DNA of 64,000 nucleotides from Balanoglossus misakiensis (lineage: Eukaryota; Animalia; Hemichordata), in NCBI GenBank assembly GCA_040954595.2, contig CM082591.2, positions 8,596,380-8,660,379 of the forward strand. The letters run 5' to 3'. Of this stretch, positions 60,101 through 63,204 are shown piece by piece; the first letter of the stretch is position 1; each line of letters starts with the position of its first letter. A model generated the notes under the pieces. The model was not told where the DNA came from. It searched no databases and was given only the letters and a program-made list of their open reading frames with translations. Position numbers and translations under genes: made by a program.

Positions 60101-62298
60101 GCATGATTGTAAAATTTTGGTTTTAAATCAAGCTCCACAATCATTTTTCATTATCATTGTAGAAAACTTTAAACTTCCTGTTGCTTACTGCAAAACTGTT
60201 AAATAGCATTATGCTTTGTATTTACAAAGTACCAAGGGCAACTGTATAATTATGAAATTTGGGGTGTAGGACATAATTTGCATAGTGGTGCTCAGCAGGG
60301 CTAGATGTGCATGATGTGCACTCTCACCAGTTAAATACATGTAAATGCAAGTAGAGATTAATTGCACAGGTGTTCTGTTTACGTATTTGCTAAATTATTA
60401 GGGATGTAGGTGCAGAACATAAACCGGAAAACTGCCCGCCCTCGTCTTTTTCCCATACGATTACATTGTTAATTGCTAGAAAATAAACTTTACACTGCCA
60501 CATGTAGGTTATCAATTCTAGCTCAATCATTAAATTATTCACAGGATGGACGAACAGCAATGCACCATGCTGTACTTTGGGCTAACTTTGAAGCCACCGA
60601 AACTCTAATGAAAAGAGGGGCGAGATCAGATATACACGATGTGGTATGTATCACCAATAATTTTACAGTTGTTGATGTCACTCTGCATGCTCAGAATGCC
60701 ACATGTCATTTACTATAGATAGCGATTGTACATACTTTTTGGTAACATCATTGAATCGTTGCCAGTGACATTTTGGGTAATACTAAAATAAGTACTCTCA
60801 TTAGCATAAAGATGATACAATATTCACTGTCAACTTGAAAACTACTGAACCAAATGTCATTCCAAATTGGCAATTATCACATCTCAATAGATCTGGTAAG
60901 ATTTGCCATGCAAAAGGCATTCATAATTTGTCTGAAAAGTTGTGAAATTTGACCTACATTTTCATATCCCAGTAAGGTATGGGGTACATATCTTAGCTAC
61001 TGAAATAAACCCCTAGAATATTCCACACAACCTGGGCCTGGCTGCTTTACTCTATAATGTGTATTGAATGTGTCTGCATTCAGAATATTAAACTTACAGG
61101 ATAGATACAGTCTACATATTCCAGATGAATTATGAAGTAGGCTGGTTAATCAAACGACAGCTTCTGTGTCAGTTACACGTCTTATTACAGAAATATGTCA
61201 ATATTTATTGCAGGAAATCCAAACTCCACTATACATGGCATTGAATAGATACCAAGAGAAAGGACAAAAAGAAATCGTCAAGATTCTTTTAGAAGCCAAA
61301 AGTCCTATTCATCCAGACACAGTAAGTATTAAGATAAATACATTTACATGTTATCACATAGTTTGAGATACGTCCTGAATTTGGAAGAAGTAATATCAAA
61401 AGATATGAATGATTTTTGTCTTGATTTTGATAATCTTCTCGGTAATGAGTTCAGCTTTAATAAGCCATTGTCCTTGTATCAAGAAAATGACTTGGGTAAA
61501 AAATATTCATAAATATGAATGATCATTTTGCATGTTAACAACTATATGAGATGTTTAAGCTCTAAATTTTCTGTACATAATATTGTGGAACGATGAACTG
61601 TAATGTGTAAGTTTTTCTTTACAGAAAAATGCATCAAATGTGTCACAAGCATACTGGGCAGCTAGAAATGATAAAGCGACTATGGTGAAAGCCCTTTCAG
61701 ACTCTGGAGTTGACATGAATAAACAAGTACAGGTTGGTTTAGAAGTTTGGTCATAACGATGCATTAAGTACATTCTCAAGTTAATGAACAAATTCTAAGT
61801 ACAATTGAAATTTGTTATATACTTTTTTTACTTGAAGGATGGAAAGACTCCTCTACATCTAGCTTGTGAGGTGGGTGATGAAAGTGCAGTCGAAATCCTG
61901 CTAAGCTATGGTGCTAGTGAAAATGTGTATTGTAAGGTATGTTACTCTAATCCCACTTAAGTAATGAAATACATAGTGGCTTTATCTTTAGTAGAATGGA
62001 AGCCAAGCTATGTTTGTTATTTACTTACATTTAACTTAAATTAAAATTTGCAACTTAAACTTTTGATATCACAATGATATCGCAATCATATTCACTCTCA
62101 TAATTATGTTAATGTGCTCTCTTCAACCTTAGCTTAATATTATTGATCAGTTGTCTTAATGTATTTTAGTACATTTGTTTATTTTGATTTTTCCCGTAGA
62201 ATGGACATTCTCCTTTGTTTTATGCAGCAAGGAATAAATATGTCACCATTGCTCGGCGCTTATTGGGCAATACAGATAGGTTACACAAAGATAGCATG
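23..62298 (+). CDS. Giant multi-exon ankyrin-repeat protein gene (partial; 71 exons in window, ~2,475 aa, 10-ANK higher-order repeat)
   Basis: 71 AG..GT-bounded exons, all multiples of 3 and phase 0, each translating to one ANK-like repeat (G-x-T-P/A-L-H/Y-x-A-A ... L-L-x-x-G-A-D-V-N) without stops; exons listed individually below. No start or stop seen in the window. Confidence 0.9.
497..601 (+). CDS. ANK exon 2 (type b)
   Basis: aacag|ISMLHWAVENLEHIVAETLIKAGLDINELAQGLNK|gtacg. Confidence 0.88.
769..876 (+). CDS. ANK exon 3 (type c)
   Basis: tttag|ESASDLTVLHLMAQKEDPDYVELCLKLEAKVNVLDK|gtagg. Confidence 0.9.
1415..1513 (+). CDS. ANK exon 4 (type d)
   Basis: aatag|NGRTPLYYAVLNKNTETVKVLLAAKANFIAENT|gtagg. 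Confidence 0.9.
2127..2510 (-). pseudogene. Tyrosine recombinase C-terminal fragment (DIRS/Ngaro type)
   Basis: CPVLAY..., then FSFHSLKRRGATTASLAGVSDSLIRLQGDWRSIVY, matching the H-S-L-R-x-G-x-A-T ... G-x-W-x-S-x-x-Y catalytic motifs (degenerate). Confidence 0.85.
2880..3991 (-). pseudogene. Gag-like ORF of YR retroelement, disrupted
   Basis: Starts MSSRPQRLCRTCLIDLKHHKGPSGHLC (3991); coiled-coil EIEIELKRELARNEKLK; PWPHEY...WADVRELH core; C-terminal HICRFCLRIRDLQLSHPPSECPYK Cys/His motif; broken by a stop and frameshifts. Confidence 0.65.
4380..4693 (-). mobile_element. Hairpin element family A, copy 1 (314 bp, non-autonomous, Crypton-like)
   Basis: TTAAGCAATAAAACAC...TATAATATAA; ~70-bp-arm hairpin 4383-4525; 4527-4548 is complementary to the opposite end; near-identical copy at 31646-31959. 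Confidence 0.85.
5269..5388 (+). CDS. ANK exon 5 (type e)
   Basis: aatag|DENFPFESRPLYIAAAKYESVEFVNVLKDMGDGIDGTKDD|gtaag. Confidence 0.88.
5577..5675 (+). CDS. ANK exon 6 (type f)
   Basis: ggcag|TGMTVLHEAAANNFPNAVEILIDAGADKDKTDK|gtata. Confidence 0.9.
5782..5880 (+). CDS. ANK exon 7 (type g)
   Basis: tcaag|VGDTALHYAVKNRHHQVVKVLINKDVDLNLDNE|gtaag. Confidence 0.88.
6067..6162 (+). CDS. ANK exon 8 (type h)
   Basis: tctag|NCETALYCALKLRDIESAKHLLNANARLHKDA|gtaag. Confidence 0.9.
6250..7044. mobile_element. Non-autonomous Kolobok-type DNA transposon (TTAA TSD)
   Basis: TIR GATGGGTCCCTAGGATCTTTTTGC..., imperfectly extending >100 bp; TTAA on both sides; empty site ggacaTTAActgt in the paralogous intron at ~16951. 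RR..YY ends plus TTAA fit Kolobok. Confidence 0.85.
7247..7822. mobile_element. Kolobok-type MITE (TTAA TSD)
   Basis: ttaa|AGGTCTCATGTCATGC ... GCATGGCATGGGACCT|ttaa. Confidence 0.75.
8127..8390 (+). pseudogene. Cys-rich P2X7-C-terminal-like (KolX-like) fragment
   Basis: MELSNEDIVGFFY*PEYSSDE...acidic linker...SWCSC / (5-nt duplication frameshift) CGKCEVMSTVKECRCCHEI; resembles the WCxCGxCxxMxxxxExxCC motif of Kolobok accessory proteins. Confidence 0.6.
8560..9281 (+). mobile_element. Helentron-associated non-autonomous element (HINE/DINE-1-like)
   Basis: T-run start; subTIR AGCTCTGCTG / CAGCAGAGCT; GTCC microsatellite near the 5' end; ~145-bp internal tandem repeat (8691, 8836, 8979); 3' hairpin TGACCgataGGTCA then CTTGTT. 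Confidence 0.75.
9671..10407. mobile_element. Foldback-like TIR element with internal short repeats
   Basis: CACAttccAAACTAATTTCGGAATT is inverted at 10383-10407; interior holds repeated CAGCTGAATTTT / GATCACACAAATCAGT units that switch orientation near 9910. Confidence 0.5.
10771..11273. mobile_element. Kolobok-type MITE (same family as 44784 and 62722)
   Basis: ttaa|AGGTACATCAGCTG ... CAGCTTATGTGCCT|ttag; shares its left TTAA with the preceding element. Confidence 0.8.
11597..11704 (+). CDS. ANK exon 9 (type i)
   Basis: tgtag|HGTSNIEQLFWAIKAYEEEMVADLLKAGVKIDEQAQ|gtaaa. Confidence 0.88.
11985..12083 (+). CDS. ANK exon 10 (type j)
   Basis: tttag|DGLSALQHYAKDGDVKAVTILIGRHADVNKHSK|gtaaa. Confidence 0.9.
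12366..12467 (+). CDS. ANK exon 11 (type a)
   Basis: ttcag|NGFTALYYAAAQSHVEVAKILIESKTKQLHCKNT|gtgaa. Confidence 0.9.
12636..12740 (+). CDS. ANK exon 12 (type b)
   Basis: aacag|TTMLHWAVENYEYTVAETLIKAGQDINEVVQGLDK|gtatg. Confidence 0.9.
12950..13057 (+). CDS. ANK exon 13 (type c)
   Basis: tgtag|DSPDGVTVLHVMAHNQDPKYTELCLQLKAKVNVLDK|gtaag. Confidence 0.9.
13442..13540 (+). CDS. ANK exon 14 (type d)
   Basis: aatag|KNYTPLYYAVQKKNTDTVRILLKANANFVDENG|gtagg. Confidence 0.9.
13647..15857 (+). mobile_element. 5'-truncated non-LTR retrotransposon (RTEX-like LINE)
   Basis: RT ORF, 3' stem-loop GGAC-catga-GTCC, AATAAA at 15818 and an (AAT)n tail; absent from the paralogous intron after 19703. Confidence 0.9.
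13748..15745 (+). CDS. LINE ORF2 reverse transcriptase (endonuclease domain missing)
   Basis: YRPIAL, QFGFK, DASKPFDRVNH, GVKQGGILSP, YADD, HLGF motifs in a 665-aa open frame; KPFD instead of KAFD suggests a dead copy. Confidence 0.9.
   Translation: MYTDVTDRLLADINIPTDSLCCKDIHCKDKNHVDSIADFYGNIIDCLHCAGTRISHANDSGKSCVVAGWNDHLKEIHAIARDAFKLWRESGKPKNGPLYDFKHRTHARLKYALWACRINEGHMKADAMAKNLCEGNHKKFWHSVNNKKCSSRPNIVGCCTGEANVADMWCKHYEVIYNSVNTTDDKKFVLEAVEKCTFDNSVTVLPGDVCDVISKLQTGKAAGSDFLSVEHFMYASTKISILLSMCFTAMFVHGFCPSRLSDTVLVPIVKDKNNNVNDKSNYRPIALSTVASKLIELILLRHIDCFLETSHYQFGFKSDHSTDMCVFVLKEVINFYRKHGSNVIITFMDASKPFDRVNHWVLFKKLIDRKVPAYFVRFLLSWYRTEQIFIGWGSCTSAGFTVSNGVKQGGILSPKFFNIYVDQLSMMLSNSKTGCNIGGYFINHLMYADDRCLISPSVKGTQKLVDICSDYGNTHDILFNDKKTNCMCIKSDSSMNRRIPTVYLNGVKLAFVTKKKHLGFILNDHLHDDDDIERQMRCFYVSANMLKRIFFRCTFDIKSILFKTYCYQMYGSPMWVKFTVSSMRKLKVAYNNAARILLGYDRRSSVSSMFVTNRIDTFDALHRRQIFSLKQRLLNCQNVIVRQVHDTLYFNSETLSFWNKLHFVI
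15976..16095 (+). CDS. ANK exon 15 (type e)
   Basis: aatag|DENFTFESRPLYIAAAKYE...GTKDD|gtaag. Confidence 0.88.
16287..16385 (+). CDS. ANK exon 16 (type f)
   Basis: tgcag|TGMTVLHEAAANNFPNAVDILIDAGADKDKTDK|gtata. Confidence 0.9.
16492..16590 (+). CDS. ANK exon 17 (type g)
   Basis: tcaag|VGDTALHYAVKN...LDNE|gtaag. Confidence 0.88.
16777..16872 (+). CDS. ANK exon 18 (type h)
   Basis: tctag|NGETPLYCALKLRDIESAKHLLNANARLHKDV|gtaag. Confidence 0.9.
17620..17727 (+). CDS. ANK exon 19 (type i)
   Basis: tgtag|HGTSNIEQLFWAIKTYEEEMVEDLLKAGVKIDEQAQ|gtaaa. Confidence 0.88.
18008..18106 (+). CDS. ANK exon 20 (type j)
   Basis: ttcag|DGLSALQHYAKDGDEKAVAILIGRHADVNKHSK|gtaaa. Confidence 0.9.
18397..18498 (+). 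CDS. ANK exon 21 (type a)
   Basis: ttcag|EGFTALYYAAAQSHVKVAKNLIESKTKQLHCKNT|gtgaa. Confidence 0.9.
18654..18758 (+). CDS. ANK exon 22 (type b)
   Basis: aacag|TTMLHWAVENNEYTVAETLIKAGQDINEVVQGLDK|gtatg. Confidence 0.9.
18991..19098 (+). CDS. ANK exon 23 (type c)
   Basis: tgtag|DSPDGVTVLHVMAH...VNVLDK|gtaag. Confidence 0.9.
19484..19582 (+). CDS. ANK exon 24 (type d)
   Basis: attag|KNYTPLYYAVQKK...FVDENG|gtaag. Confidence 0.9.
19887..21085 (+). mobile_element. Hairpin element family B, copy 1 (~1.2 kb)
   Basis: 5' TTATCACATGAAC; its complement GTTCATGTGATAA at 20922-20934 directly precedes the terminal hairpin 20935-21085 ending ATTATATATAA; diverged inverted copy at 42411-43599. Confidence 0.85.
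21404..21523 (+). CDS. ANK exon 25 (type e)
   Basis: aatag|DENFLSESRPLYIAAAKYESMEFINILKDMGDGIDGTKDD|gtaag. Confidence 0.88.
21711..21809 (+). CDS. ANK exon 26 (type f)
   Basis: tgcag|TGMTVLHEAAANN...KTDK|gtata. Confidence 0.9.
21916..22014 (+). CDS. ANK exon 27 (type g)
   Basis: tcaag|VGDTALHYAVKN...LDNE|gtaag. Confidence 0.88.
22208..22303 (+). CDS. ANK exon 28 (type h)
   Basis: tctag|NGETALYCALKL...LHKDA|gtaag. Confidence 0.9.
22424..22879 (+). mobile_element. Hairpin element family C (~455 bp)
   Basis: 5' TTATTATACATCT; complement AGATGTATAATAA at ~22732-22744 directly before the hairpin 22747-22875; absent from homologous intron positions (~11555, ~17568). Confidence 0.75.
22932..22973 (+). 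pseudogene. Truncated type-i pseudo-exon
   Basis: Acceptor context tatcatgttgtag| matches exons 9 and 19; reads CGTSNIEQLLCNE* and homology ends after ~10 codons. Confidence 0.7.
23279..23386 (+). CDS. ANK exon 29 (type i)
   Basis: tatag|RDSNNISQLLWVAEHYKEEMVEELVKAGVKIDELLE|gtaaa. Confidence 0.88.
23661..23759 (+). CDS. ANK exon 30 (type j)
   Basis: tccag|DGLSPLHHFSERGDMKAVAILLQKKANINVYSE|gtaag. Confidence 0.9.
24142..24243 (+). CDS. ANK exon 31 (type a)
   Basis: tgtag|GGRTALYFAAAGTHVELTKELLKHEEIKLHDKCK|gtact. Confidence 0.88.
24448..25062 (+). mobile_element. Helentron-associated non-autonomous element (HINE-like)
   Basis: ttt-AGGTCCCATTG with a nearby inverted copy, (GGAT)n microsatellite at ~24500-24540, 3' subTIR CAATGGGACC at ~25033, T-run end. 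Confidence 0.6.
25088..25192 (+). CDS. ANK exon 32 (type b)
   Basis: ttcag|TTKLHWAIDSYEHKVAETLVKAGLDINEDVQGLDE|gtttg. Confidence 0.88.
25705..25812 (+). CDS. ANK exon 33 (type c)
   Basis: tttag|GMVEGSKAIHLMARKEEPKFVQLCLKLKADVNPLDN|gtaag. Confidence 0.9.
26569..26667 (+). CDS. ANK exon 34 (type d)
   Basis: tcaag|GKKTPLYYAVKCKNKETVKVLLSRGANFVREIQ|gtagg. Confidence 0.88.
26805..27541. mobile_element. PIF/Harbinger-like MITE
   Basis: tga|GGGAGCTGcaATTATTTAT ... ATAAATAATgaCAGCTCCC|taa; GGG ends with a TNA-type flank. Confidence 0.6.
27569..27700 (+). CDS. ANK exon 35 (type e)
   Basis: aacag|NEPRISQSFTYSHRPIFIAAAMYENLSFVKVLQDVGIDLNTADD|gtaag. Confidence 0.85.
28729..28827 (+). CDS. ANK exon 36 (type f)
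   Basis: tctag|NDLTVLQEAAKEGFDKAVTVLLEAGVEVNKTDQ|gtgtg. Confidence 0.9.
30161..30262 (+). CDS. ANK exon 37 (type g)
   Basis: aacag|KQQTALHHAVNGSKSKVINALLSWDSTDKDATEK|gtata. Confidence 0.88.
30759..30875 (+). CDS. ANK exon 38 (type h)
   Basis: cacag|NAKTPLYVATENDDVDCVKALLEKDCRIHANVTRTTYGT|gtaag. Confidence 0.85.
31368..32226. repeat. 91-bp minisatellite, 6 units, 4th unit interrupted by hairpin element A
   Basis: Unit TTTGTTGAATATTAATTTCAGTTTTCTTGAGGATATGATGGGACGG...ACTGATACAAGTGT repeated head to tail. Confidence 0.95.
31646..31959 (-). mobile_element. Hairpin element family A, copy 2
   Basis: Inserted at ttttgT|Tgaata of a minisatellite unit with no duplicated or lost bases; absent from the duplicate at 51454-52359. 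Confidence 0.9.
32250..34500 (-). mobile_element. Internally deleted RTEX-like LINE (ORF1 fused to RT), copy 1, degenerate
   Basis: Minus strand: ORF1-like ...RKGQHKKLNNIHDI...PCFVAKDLNELPP runs directly into NYRPIAI, QFGFK, DATKAFDRV, GILSP, a stop, then YADD, YLG; 4-nt frameshift near 33995; AATAAA at the 3' end. Ends approximate. Confidence 0.85.
34996..35103 (+). CDS. ANK exon 39 (type i)
   Basis: ataag|AYTSNLTQLKWVVENEKDSMVRTLQRAGVNIDSYDE|gtaag. Confidence 0.82.
35226..35408. mobile_element. Tc1/mariner-like MITE (TA TSD)
   Basis: ta|CTGTAAAAcACTTTATTTT ... AAAATAAAGTaTTTTACAG|ta. Confidence 0.7.
35730..35828 (+). CDS. ANK exon 40 (type j)
   Basis: tcaag|DHFTLLHHFARNGNVACVKILLENGATIDTYCK|gtggg. 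Confidence 0.88.
35996..36097 (+). CDS. ANK exon 41 (type a)
   Basis: tgcag|DKYTPVFYAAQNEHVDVTSLLITSGARYLHSDNK|gtact. Confidence 0.9.
36403..36510 (+). CDS. ANK exon 42 (type b)
   Basis: aacag|TTALHWAVSKTMKTVTKTLLRVDGIGINDEVTGLAK|gtaag. Confidence 0.88.
36848..36955 (+). CDS. ANK exon 43 (type c)
   Basis: cccag|EYPKKTTVLHLVARENNIVAVNLCLQMNADCHMLDA|gtaag. Confidence 0.9.
36966..37715 (+). mobile_element. Hairpin element family D (~750 bp)
   Basis: 5' TTATCATATGCC; complement GGCATATGATAA at ~37572-37583 before the hairpin ~37587-37709; empty site gtgactttgaatag at ~57884-57897. Confidence 0.85.
38679..38777 (+). CDS. ANK exon 44 (type d)
   Basis: ctaag|DGKSAFYYAVHHEQTENVKRLKKAGAGFESSLQ|gtgtg. 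Confidence 0.86.
38983..39093 (+). CDS. ANK exon 45 (type e)
   Basis: attag|PEILEEMTVYCAAAMYTKTQYLKVLCDAGYSVDATNT|gtaag. Confidence 0.85.
39277..39375 (+). CDS. ANK exon 46 (type f)
   Basis: ttaag|DGETALHLASKENENEAISLLLDHGAFINTKDQ|gtaag. Confidence 0.92.
39420..40404. mobile_element. Non-autonomous TIR DNA transposon with 4-bp TSD (ACTT), superfamily uncertain
   Basis: actt|CAGtCtGaTCGCAgC ... GTTGCGACCTGCCTG|actt; empty site gacACTTgtcatg at ~59987-59998. Confidence 0.8.
40965..41063 (+). CDS. ANK exon 47 (type g)
   Basis: cacag|DGRTAVHHAVLWANFEATETLMKRGARSDIHDV|gtatg. Confidence 0.9.
41640..41747 (+). CDS. ANK exon 48 (type h)
   Basis: tgcag|EIQTPLYMALNRYQEKGQKEIVKILLEAESPIHPDT|gtaag. 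Confidence 0.9.
41822..42276 (-). mobile_element. Hairpin element family E (~455 bp)
   Basis: Hairpin ~41826-42016 followed by TTATAATAAACCTCATGCTAA, complementary to the far end TTAGCATGAGGTATATTATAA; absent at ~61395 in the duplicate. Confidence 0.85.
42411..43599 (-). mobile_element. Hairpin element family B, copy 2 (inverted)
   Basis: TTATATATAATCCCATG...GTTCATGTGATAA; empty site gcatgtta|acaact at ~61537 shows no TSD. Confidence 0.9.
43687..43794 (+). CDS. ANK exon 49 (type i)
   Basis: tacag|KNASNVSQAYWAARNDKATMVKALSDSGVDMNKQVQ|gttgg. Confidence 0.86.
43900..43998 (+). CDS. ANK exon 50 (type j)
   Basis: tgaag|DGKTPLHLACEVGDESAVEILLSYGASENVYCK|gtatg. Confidence 0.92.
44262..44360 (+). 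CDS. ANK exon 51 (type a)
   Basis: cgtag|NGHSPLFYAARNKYVTIARRLLGNTDRLHKDSM|gtatg. Confidence 0.9.
44784..45098. mobile_element. Kolobok-type MITE truncated at the duplication junction
   Basis: Matches the first ~315 bp of the complete copy at 62722-63204. Confidence 0.85.
45164..45268 (+). CDS. ANK exon 52 (type b; duplicate of exon 32)
   Basis: ttcag|TTKLHWAIDSYEQKVAE...GLDE|gtttg. Confidence 0.88.
45791..45898 (+). CDS. ANK exon 53 (type c; duplicate of exon 33)
   Basis: tttag|GMVEGSKAIHLMA...PLDN|gtaag. Confidence 0.88.
46655..46753 (+). CDS. ANK exon 54 (type d; duplicate of exon 34)
   Basis: tcaag|GKKTPLYYAV...REIQ|gtagg. Confidence 0.88.
46891..47628. mobile_element. PIF/Harbinger-like MITE (duplicate of 26805-27541)
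   Basis: Same GGGAGCTG...CAGCTCCC ends. Confidence 0.6.
47656..47787 (+). CDS. ANK exon 55 (type e; duplicate of exon 35)
   Basis: aacag|NEPRISQ...TADD|gtaag. Confidence 0.85.
48816..48914 (+). CDS. ANK exon 56 (type f; duplicate of exon 36)
   Basis: tctag|NDLTVLQEAA...KTDQ|gtgag. Confidence 0.9.
50253..50354 (+). CDS. ANK exon 57 (type g; duplicate of exon 37)
   Basis: aacag|KQQTALHHAV...ATEK|gtaaa. Confidence 0.88.
50845..50961 (+). CDS. ANK exon 58 (type h; duplicate of exon 38)
   Basis: cacag|NAKTPLYVAT...TYGT|gtaag. Confidence 0.85.
51454..52359. repeat. 90/91-bp minisatellite, 10 units
   Basis: Same unit as 31368-32226; 90-bp variants (ttctttggat) at units 2, 6 and 9. Confidence 0.95.
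52383..55435 (-). mobile_element. Internally deleted RTEX-like LINE, copy 2, interrupted by hairpin element F
   Basis: ORF from 55159: CxxC...CxxC, VIINEILCFITNK ORF1-like region fused in frame to RT motifs; YADD segment at 52905-53261. Confidence 0.85.
53465..54264 (+). mobile_element. Hairpin element family F (800 bp)
   Basis: 5' TTATCACATACATAG; complement at ~54078-54092 before the hairpin 54095-54261; ends ATTATATATAA; empty site ataatcc|gaattac at ~33331 shows no TSD. Confidence 0.9.
55920..56027 (+). CDS. ANK exon 59 (type i; duplicate of exon 39)
   Basis: ataag|AYTSNLTQLKWVV...SYDE|gtaag. Confidence 0.82.
56150..56332. mobile_element. Tc1/mariner-like MITE (duplicate of 35226-35408)
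   Basis: ta|CTGTAAAA...TTTTACAG|ta. Confidence 0.7.
56654..56752 (+). CDS. ANK exon 60 (type j; duplicate of exon 40)
   Basis: tcaag|DHFTLLHHFA...TYCK|gtggg. Confidence 0.88.
56920..57021 (+). CDS. ANK exon 61 (type a; duplicate of exon 41)
   Basis: tgcag|DKYTPVFYAA...SDNK|gtact. Confidence 0.9.
57327..57434 (+). CDS. ANK exon 62 (type b; duplicate of exon 42)
   Basis: aacag|TTALHWAVSK...GLAK|gtaag. Confidence 0.88.
57772..57879 (+). CDS. ANK exon 63 (type c; duplicate of exon 43)
   Basis: cccag|EYPKKTTVLHLVA...MLDA|gtaag. Confidence 0.9.
59245..59343 (+). CDS. ANK exon 64 (type d; duplicate of exon 44)
   Basis: ctaag|DGKSAFYYAV...SSLQ|gtgtg. Confidence 0.86.
59549..59659 (+). CDS. ANK exon 65 (type e; duplicate of exon 45)
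   Basis: attag|PEKLEEMTVYCAAAMY...ATNT|gtaag. Confidence 0.85.
59850..59948 (+). CDS. ANK exon 66 (type f; duplicate of exon 46)
   Basis: gtaag|DGETALHLAS...TKDQ|gtaag. Confidence 0.9.
60545..60643 (+). CDS. ANK exon 67 (type g; duplicate of exon 47)
   Basis: cacag|DGRTAMHHAVLW...IHDV|gtatg. Confidence 0.9.
61214..61321 (+). CDS. ANK exon 68 (type h; duplicate of exon 48)
   Basis: tgcag|EIQTPLYMAL...EAKSPIHPDT|gtaag. Confidence 0.9.
61625..61732 (+). CDS. ANK exon 69 (type i; duplicate of exon 49)
   Basis: tacag|KNASNVSQAYWAA...KQVQ|gttgg. Confidence 0.86.
61838..61936 (+). CDS. ANK exon 70 (type j; duplicate of exon 50)
   Basis: tgaag|DGKTPLHLAC...VYCK|gtatg. Confidence 0.92.
62200..62298 (+). 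CDS. ANK exon 71 (type a; duplicate of exon 51)
   Basis: cgtag|NGHSPLFYAA...KDSM|gtatg. Confidence 0.9.
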
Positions 62299-62721
62299 GT
62301 ATGTATGATAAACTCTTCAGTATACTTATCTTATATGTGACTGTTGAACCAATTCTAAACTTACTGTAAATAATACCCATCCCTATTTGAAAAAAAATTA
62401 TATTAGTGAAGGAATAATAATTAAAGGTCTACAAATGTGACATCAGTTGTATAGTTGTAACCCTATAATTTGCCACCAACCTTTTCAAATGTATTGGATA
62501 TTAGTTGTTACAGATCTGAGAGTAGAATGTTACTATTGACAAAACCTGGTAATTTTAATATTGGACATTTGAGTATATTTTACCAACCTATTGTTATAAG
62601 GACACCACACAAACTATAGAAATATTTGAGAACCTTCAAATCTACAAGCTGATTACTTTCATTAATCCCCAAACACTTACACAAACTTCTTATCTAGGTG
62701 ATAGTTGTAGAAAAATATTAA

Positions 62722-63204
62722 AGGTACATGAGCTGCAACTGGATAAAAAAATGCAGTTTTGAATAATCTTATATATGCTTTTAATTGTCTATTAAATGAT
62801 ATTTCATGATAATATATCAAGCTCAACACTTATATATGACAAAATGGCCAAAAATTAGAGAATTACAAAATCCTGCAATTTTTAAAAAGTGCAATGAAAA
62901 AATATAATGATATAATGTCTCAGCGGTGTACATTTACTTCCATGAGCTCAAGTGGATGAGATCATGTTTTGTTTATGAAGTTTCATAACCGGAAACATTG
63001 TTTCTTGCATTTTCCCACGGTGGCGGCCATATTCGCTTGCGGCAAAGCTTTATTATTTATCTGGTTAAAACTTGCATATGCACTCATATTTAGGGTTTAT
63101 AATGCTTGTGTATAATTCACTGCCTTTATCTGCATGGACTAATGGTAGTACAGTTAGGAACTAAAATTATGATAACTATCCCAAAAGTTGCAGCTTATGT
63201 GCCT
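62722..63204. mobile_element. Kolobok-type MITE, complete (TTAA TSD)
   Basis: ttaa|AGGTACATGAGCTGCAAC ... GTTGCAGCTTATGTGCCT|ttaa. Confidence 0.85.

Larger units (their letters stand above)
45106..63036 (+). repeat. 20-exon tandem segmental duplication, copy 2
   Basis: Begins ACTCAATGGGACC (as at 25030) and ends GGCGGCCATATTCGC (as at 45098). Confidence 0.95.

Noticed and set aside
23-62298. Assigning a gene symbol (ANK1/2/3, nompC, ANKRD)
   Set aside because: Repeat number and the 10-repeat period fit none of them, and no diagnostic non-ankyrin domain is in the window.
25030-63036. Duplication as a pure assembly artefact
   Set aside because: A unique non-homologous junction with a templated insert and preserved exon register favour a real event; not fully excluded without reads.
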